Below the pieces are notes generated by a model. The model was not told the origin of the DNA. It made no database searches and saw only the letters and a program-made list of their open reading frames with translations. DNA of 64,000 bases, from assembly GCA_965261395.1 (NCBI GenBank), contig OZ253462.1, positions 992,001 through 1,056,000 of the forward strand, written 5' to 3'. Origin of the DNA: Candidatus Latescibacterota bacterium (lineage in GTDB: Bacteria > Latescibacterota > UBA2968 > UBA8231). The translations under genes and the position numbers were made by a program. Below are positions 58,927 to 64,000 of the stretch, piece after piece (positions within the stretch are counted from its first letter, which is position 1; every line of letters begins with the position of its first letter).

Positions 58927-59754
58927 TTAGCTCGATGCCCGCCGCGCCGCCTCCAGTGCATCGTAGCAAAACTGCGCCGTGCTCCAGGCGTCGTACCCAT
59001 TTGCGTTCCATATCTGGCCGGTGACCTCCGGGCAGAGGTATTGATCCCAGCCGGCGTCTTGGATGGCCTTGTAGTAGGCCTTCATGTCTAGCTTGCCGCT
59101 GCCGGGCAGGAGATAGCGGACCCGTCCTTCCTCGTCGAGATAGCCATCCTTGATGTGATTGTGGACTGAGTACTGGAGATTCAGGTCAATCGAGTGCTGC
59201 AAGTCGATGCCCTCAACCCAGAAGTGGCTGTAGTCAAAGTTGAGGCCGAGGTTTGGGTGGTTGGTTTGCTGCATGAGCCAAGCGGCCTTTTCCGGCGTCT
59301 CGAAGTCGTCGCCAGCATGTGGCTCAATGGCGACGATGACGTCGTATTCGGCGGCCATGTCGCCCACTTCGAGTACCAGCTCGACGATGCGCCCTTTGCC
59401 AGTCTCCCAGGCGGGTTTGCGGCCGAGGGTGGTGCTAACGACCATTGGGCGGTCGTCGAGCCGGAGTGCGCGGCTCAGTTCAAAGGTCGCCCTGAACTGC
59501 GCCAACGCGGCTGCGCGTCCCTCGCCCTCGACGCAGGGCGAGAGCAGGGCCATTAGCGCCGGGGTAGGGAAGCCGAGCTGGCGGAAGAGATCGGCGAGTC
59601 TTTTGCGGGCGGCCGCGTCCATGTTGGCCGGCTCGGTAGGCCAGCCGGGAGTGACGGCGATTTCCATGCCCTCGTAGCCCATGTCGGCGAGGCGCGGCAG
59701 GGCCTCGAAGACGTCGAGTTGCTTCATGCCATAGGTGCTGTAGTAGAGTTTCAC
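58927..59754 (-). CDS. Sugar phosphate isomerase/epimerase
   Basis: GYEGMEI, AIEPH, FDYSH, HIKD, PEV; GTG start overlapping the upstream stop. Confidence 0.85.
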   Translation of the reverse strand: MKLYYSTYGMKQLDVFEALPRLADMGYEGMEIAVTPGWPTEPANMDAAARKRLADLFRQLGFPTPALMALLSPCVEGEGRAAALAQFRATFELSRALRLDDRPMVVSTTLGRKPAWETGKGRIVELVLEVGDMAAEYDVIVAIEPHAGDDFETPEKAAWLMQQTNHPNLGLNFDYSHFWVEGIDLQHSIDLNLQYSVHNHIKDGYLDEEGRVRYLLPGSGKLDMKAYYKAIQDAGWDQYLCPEVTGQIWNANGYDAWSTAQFCYDALEAARRASS

Positions 59755-60347
59755 GCGGTGACAACCTCCTGTTGTGCGCCCATGCGCTCGCGCTCGGCGA
59801 TGAGCAAGTTGATCCAGTGTTTCATGTAGTGCCCGTGGTCGTGCCAAGTGCGGCCGCTGATGAGATTGCCATCGACGACGCAGGGCGCGTCGATAAAGGT
59901 GCCGCCGCAGACTTCGAGGTCGAATTGGCACTTGGGCACGGTGGCCATGCGCCGTCCTTTGACGCAATCGGCGCGGGCGGGGATTTCGACGCCGTGGCAG
60001 ACGCAGCCTACGGGCTTGTCGCGGTGAAAAAAGTAGCGGGTAATGCGAATTAGGTCCGGGTCGTCGCGGATGTATTCCGGGGCGCGCCCCCCCGAGAAAA
60101 AGATTCCCACGTACTCTTCGGGCACGACGTGGCGAAAGGCGATGTCCGCTTGGATGGTATAGCCCTCAAATTCGCGGGTGATGTCCCAACCCTCGGCCGG
60201 AACTTCGTGTAAAACCATGTTGTAGCGGCGGGCTTCCGGCCCGGCCACCACGGGCGCGAATCCGTCTTCTTGGACGCGCAGGTAGGGATAGAGCGTATCG
60301 ACGGTTTCGGTGGCATCGCCGACGATGATGAGGACTTTGGCGGTCAC
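59751..60347 (-). CDS. DJ-1/PfpI family protein
   Basis: GGRAPEYIR, CHG nucleophile, VVDGNLISGRTW. Confidence 0.92.
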   Translation of the reverse strand: MTAKVLIIVGDATETVDTLYPYLRVQEDGFAPVVAGPEARRYNMVLHEVPAEGWDITREFEGYTIQADIAFRHVVPEEYVGIFFSGGRAPEYIRDDPDLIRITRYFFHRDKPVGCVCHGVEIPARADCVKGRRMATVPKCQFDLEVCGGTFIDAPCVVDGNLISGRTWHDHGHYMKHWINLLIAERERMGAQQEVVTA

Positions 60348-60465
60348 TGCATTCTCCCTTGGACGATGTAGGCTGGTGGGATACCTTTTTCGCGCCGGAG
60401 AAACTAATGTGCCATATTGGGCACAGCAAGCTATAAGCGCGTCTTAACGACGCAAGGAGGTTATC

Positions 60466-61341
60466 GTGGAATACCGCCGCTTTGGACAGACAGACATGGA
60501 GCTGAGCACCATTGGCTTAGGCGGGCTGTTGGCCCGCTACGAGGGCATCAACGGCCATCCGCCGCCCGCGGAGAAGCGCCGGATTTACCTGCGGGCCGCC
60601 GAGCTGGGCGTCAATCTCTTCGACATGGGCTACGGCGACGAGGTCCACATCCCCGATGAGCTGAAAGGTCCGCGAGACGACCGCTTCTTCTCGCTCAAGG
60701 TGGGTGCGCCAGCAGCCGCTGAGGTGGAGGGGACTATCGACAAACACCTCGCCAATGTGCGCCGCGAGGCCATTGATATTTTGCGGGTACACCACTATGC
60801 CTATCTGCAAAATGAGGGCTTGGCCGAGCGCATTGCCGAGTGCAAGGCCAAAGGCAAAGTGCGCGCCTTGTGCTTGATTCGCCACATGTTGGCCGACCAA
60901 CAGGCCTACGCTGAGCGTGGCCCCGAACCCGAGGCGGACGCCGATTTGGTCATCTACAACTACGTCTGCCGCTGGCAGGCCCCGGGCATTGCGGCGTCGG
61001 CGCGGGCTGGGAAGGGCGTGCTGATTATGAAGGCTTTGGGCGGCCAGTGGATCAGCTGGGCCGACAAAGCGCAGACCGACTGGTCGGCCGTGGACGAGTC
61101 AAAGGTCGAGGAGCTATCGCCAAGAGGGGAAGGCATTCGCCGAGAACTGTCGCTGGTCTATCCGATTGTCTCAGGCCCTTGGCACGAGCTAGCCGAGCCG
61201 GGCGAGTCGGTGCCGCGCACCGAGCGAGCAATACAGTGGGTGCTGGCGACCGAGGGGGTACATTGCACTTTGGTGGCTTTTGCTAGCGTCGAGGAATTGG
61301 AGGAAGGGTTGGGGGTGATGGAGACAAGCGCCGCTATTTGA
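60466..61341 (+). CDS. Aldo/keto reductase-like protein (divergent)
   Basis: MEYRRFGQTDMELSTIGLG, GVNLFD, IMKALGG. Confidence 0.75.
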   Translation: MEYRRFGQTDMELSTIGLGGLLARYEGINGHPPPAEKRRIYLRAAELGVNLFDMGYGDEVHIPDELKGPRDDRFFSLKVGAPAAAEVEGTIDKHLANVRREAIDILRVHHYAYLQNEGLAERIAECKAKGKVRALCLIRHMLADQQAYAERGPEPEADADLVIYNYVCRWQAPGIAASARAGKGVLIMKALGGQWISWADKAQTDWSAVDESKVEELSPRGEGIRRELSLVYPIVSGPWHELAEPGESVPRTERAIQWVLATEGVHCTLVAFASVEELEEGLGVMETSAAI

Positions 61342-61358
61342 TTGGGGTATTAGATACT

Positions 61359-61412
61359 GATGTTACGTACGGGCTCCTAGGTATGAGATGCTTCGACTCC
61401 GCTCCGCATGAC
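61359..61412. repeat. Dispersed intergenic repeat, copy 2
   Basis: gatgttacg...ggtatgagatgcttcgactccgctccgcatgac, similar to 37520-37573. Confidence 0.6.
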
Positions 61413-61463
61413 CAGATTTATCGCGGTGGGCGTGAGACTGGCACCGATCAGGTGTGGAGGGTT

Positions 61464-63791
61464 TCAGTAGGCCACGGAAACGATCCGGCTGACCCGTTCG
61501 GTGCGTGCGTCTCCGCTGATCTCGACGCGCAGGACGTAGTTCCCCGGTTCCACCAGACTGCCGACATGGTCGCGCCCATCCCATTCCAAGGCCACTCGTC
61601 CCGCCACTTGCTCCTCTTCGCTCAAAAGATGTACCCGCCGCCCGGTCAGGTCGAAGATGGCCACTCGCACGGTGCGCGGGTCCAGCACTTTGAGCAGATT
61701 GAATTCGAGCGCCAGCCGGTCGCCAACGCCGTCGCCGTTGGGAGTTAGCACTTGGGTCGAGATTGTCAGGTCATCGAGCAGACCGGGGTCCGCGGGCAGG
61801 GCTACGGACACCGTCTCGCTCGCCACGGCCTTGTTGGCATCCCCCGCGTCAACCTGTTGCACCTGACCCTCCAGATTGCTGTTGAAGAGCAAAGCGTCAA
61901 AACGAGTCTGGTTGACGTAGAGCGTACTCTCAAAATCGATCTCCAAAAGCCCTGAGCGCCGCACGGCGCGATCGAGGACGAGCAGGGTCCCGTCTTCTCG
62001 CTTCTCAACTTGGACGGTGGCTTCTTCCCCGTCGATGCGCAAGGTTCTGAAGCGCACGGCGACCGACGAACTCAGCAGGATTTGGTCGAATCCTCGGTTG
62101 GCCGCAGTTGCGGTTGAGCGGAGGAAATAGGTGAAATCTTGCGGCGTGCCCGGCTCGACCTCGGCCGGGTAGATTTCTGCCTGCGTCTGTTGCACCAGCG
62201 GCGGGTGGAAGTGCAAGCTCAGCGTTTTCAGTGCTGGGGCGCTAAACGGATCTTCGCTCAAAAGCTGCACCTCGATTTGGGCGAACTGCCGCGGTCCCGG
62301 CGACAAAAAACCCTGGCCGGAAACTTCGTAAACCGGACTCCAGTTGCTCCAGTCCGAGCCTATGGTGCGCACCGTGTCGATCCGTCCGCGAAAAGAGGGA
62401 ATGAGCTTGTCGTATTTCCTTTCGGTGACTTCTTTGCCATTCTTGTCGAAGAAAAAGTATTCTTCGTCGAGCAAGTTGCCGGTGCGGCTGCGAATCTCCA
62501 GGCGAGTATCGGGCGGTACTTGAGATTGCCAGTCGAGTGCCGAGATCGTCTTTGCCCCGCCCAAGTCAAAAATCGGCGAGAGTGCCGTCAAGGCGGCGGG
62601 AAACCCTTCGCCAAAGACTTGGAACTCTGCGGTCGTGCCTGAGAGCGCGCCAGAGGTCATGCCAAAGAGGAGCTGGATATAGCGCAACTTTGTCGGGGAG
62701 AAGCGCTCCTCAAAGTGGACGATATCGCGATGATTGCGCGGCGATTCAGGCAGTTCCCCCAGCGAGATCCAGCGCAGCGAGCCGTCCGGTGCCAGCGAGC
62801 CGTCCGACCCCGACATTTTGTACCACAGGTAGTTGATGGACCCAAAGCGGGTACGGGCCCTCTCGCCGGTCGTCGGCAACCCGGTGAAATCTCCTAACAA
62901 CCGCACGCGATCAACCCAAAAGAGCACGCCCAAGTCGAGGATGAAGCGCCCTACGGGCGTCACCCCGCGCCCTTCCTTGCGACCCCAGTACGAGGTGATG
63001 TCTCCGTCAATTAGGTTGCGGCTGATCAAGGGATTCTCGTAGCGCTCGTCTCGGCCTGAGCCGACTAGGCTATGCACATCGATCTGGCCACCGCGCTCTT
63101 GCGCGCCTAGGGACAGATTGTCGCCCACGCTCTCTACCGACAGCTCGCTGAGCTGAGCACCAAGAGTCTTCCTGTCGGCTTGAATGCGAATGTGCTTTAG
63201 GGGCTTGAGGCCAAAGTCGATCTCGATGACCCGATCTTGGTTAAAGCTGTACAAGCGGCGGTTGTTGTAGCGCAGGGTCCCTTCGATGGCCACGCCGGCG
63301 TTGGTGAAGAAAGGCTCGCCGTCGGAAGTGAAGACCTTGAAGAATTCGAGCGGCTCGCCGCCCTCGGCAAAATGCAGGCGTATGGTGCGCGCCGAGACCA
63401 CCCGGCCTAGATCGACCTCTATCCACCAATCCTCCAGCGGTGCCTCGGCGGCGGGCGTCCAGGCCGTCTCCGCATGTCCGTCGATCAGCCGTGCCGCAAG
63501 GTCCAGCGCCGTGCCCGCGCCGCGGATGCCGCCGCCAAAGAACGCGACGTTCTGCACCGCGTCGGTATTCTGGCGCACGAACGCGGGCTTGAGCACGCCA
63601 TCGGCGATATCGACCGCATCGCCGGGCAGCTTCCACTCGCTCCAGTGGCCCGGGCCGCCAAGGCGCAGTTCCTCGGCTCCGAGAGCTTGGGCGACGAGTA
63701 GGAGCGCTCCCAGTATCGACAAGTACGGGTGGATTTTTTCCGCTAAACGATCGCACACCACAATTATCCGCAGATGGACGCAGATGGGCAC
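61464..63791 (-). CDS. Large secreted protein with discoidin-like domains and C-terminal FlgD Ig-like domain
   Basis: Signal-like LGALLLVAQALG, WIEVDLG, TPNGDGVGD, IFDLTGR, WDGRD; start uncertain (may be GTG 63758). Confidence 0.75.
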   Translation of the reverse strand: MPICVHLRIIVVCDRLAEKIHPYLSILGALLLVAQALGAEELRLGGPGHWSEWKLPGDAVDIADGVLKPAFVRQNTDAVQNVAFFGGGIRGAGTALDLAARLIDGHAETAWTPAAEAPLEDWWIEVDLGRVVSARTIRLHFAEGGEPLEFFKVFTSDGEPFFTNAGVAIEGTLRYNNRRLYSFNQDRVIEIDFGLKPLKHIRIQADRKTLGAQLSELSVESVGDNLSLGAQERGGQIDVHSLVGSGRDERYENPLISRNLIDGDITSYWGRKEGRGVTPVGRFILDLGVLFWVDRVRLLGDFTGLPTTGERARTRFGSINYLWYKMSGSDGSLAPDGSLRWISLGELPESPRNHRDIVHFEERFSPTKLRYIQLLFGMTSGALSGTTAEFQVFGEGFPAALTALSPIFDLGGAKTISALDWQSQVPPDTRLEIRSRTGNLLDEEYFFFDKNGKEVTERKYDKLIPSFRGRIDTVRTIGSDWSNWSPVYEVSGQGFLSPGPRQFAQIEVQLLSEDPFSAPALKTLSLHFHPPLVQQTQAEIYPAEVEPGTPQDFTYFLRSTATAANRGFDQILLSSSVAVRFRTLRIDGEEATVQVEKREDGTLLVLDRAVRRSGLLEIDFESTLYVNQTRFDALLFNSNLEGQVQQVDAGDANKAVASETVSVALPADPGLLDDLTISTQVLTPNGDGVGDRLALEFNLLKVLDPRTVRVAIFDLTGRRVHLLSEEEQVAGRVALEWDGRDHVGSLVEPGNYVLRVEISGDARTERVSRIVSVAY
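63762..63787. repeat. 26-bp dispersed repeat, copy 2
   Basis: Identical to 28204-28229. Confidence 0.8.
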
Positions 63792-63880
63792 AGATTCGCT
63801 ACGCTCAGAATGACAGAGTAGTATATCACAAAACGTAGCTTCACCGCCTACCTGCTTATGAGTGACGAAGGATAGAGGCT

Positions 63881-64000
63881 TTAACTGGCGTACACGGCCT
63901 CGCGCAGCCCTTTGATATAGCCGATGGCAAACAAGCGCCCGATCGACGAGTAGCCCGGCTGGTCGTTTCGGTCGCCCTCCATCGTTGGCACGTGGTCGGG
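63881..64000 (-). CDS. 3' end of a second mannonate dehydratase-like gene (partial)
   Basis: Manual translation PDHVPTMEGDRNDQPGYSSIGRLFAIGYIKGLREAVYAS*. Confidence 0.75.
   Translation of the reverse strand, partial: PDHVPTMEGDRNDQPGYSSIGRLFAIGYIKGLREAVYAS

Overview
High-GC bacterial chromosomal segment. Repeated PhyH dioxygenases, Gfo/Idh/MocA oxidoreductases, sulfatases, a BNR sialidase and a large secreted FlgD-Ig protein suggest a Latescibacterota/Poribacteria-like organism, possibly a sponge symbiont (inference only). Known systems are a Hen1-Pnkp RNA repair operon, a two-component pair, nfuA, uxuA, psd and hemF. The best candidate for an undescribed system lies at 31.7-40.8 kb. It has a membrane-less beta-propeller/sigma54 activator, a sigma54 -24/-12 promoter with phased upstream repeats, and a tandemly duplicated pair of secreted thioredoxin-fold paralogs (one CxxC, one SxxS, sharing an unrecognised N-terminal domain). 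It ends with an unannotated 58-aa copy of the activator's own HTH. Also notable are an RNAP omega-like domain fused to an AT-rich PD-(D/E)XK/Zn-finger ORF, a glycogenin-like GT8 fused to an RRM protein, and an AT-rich MBL hydrolase + membrane protein module split by an IS903-group element. The window also holds a MITE with target duplication, several REP-like families and many deletion or fusion scars. No rRNA, tRNA or CRISPR array was seen. All family calls come from motif recognition by eye, not from database searches.
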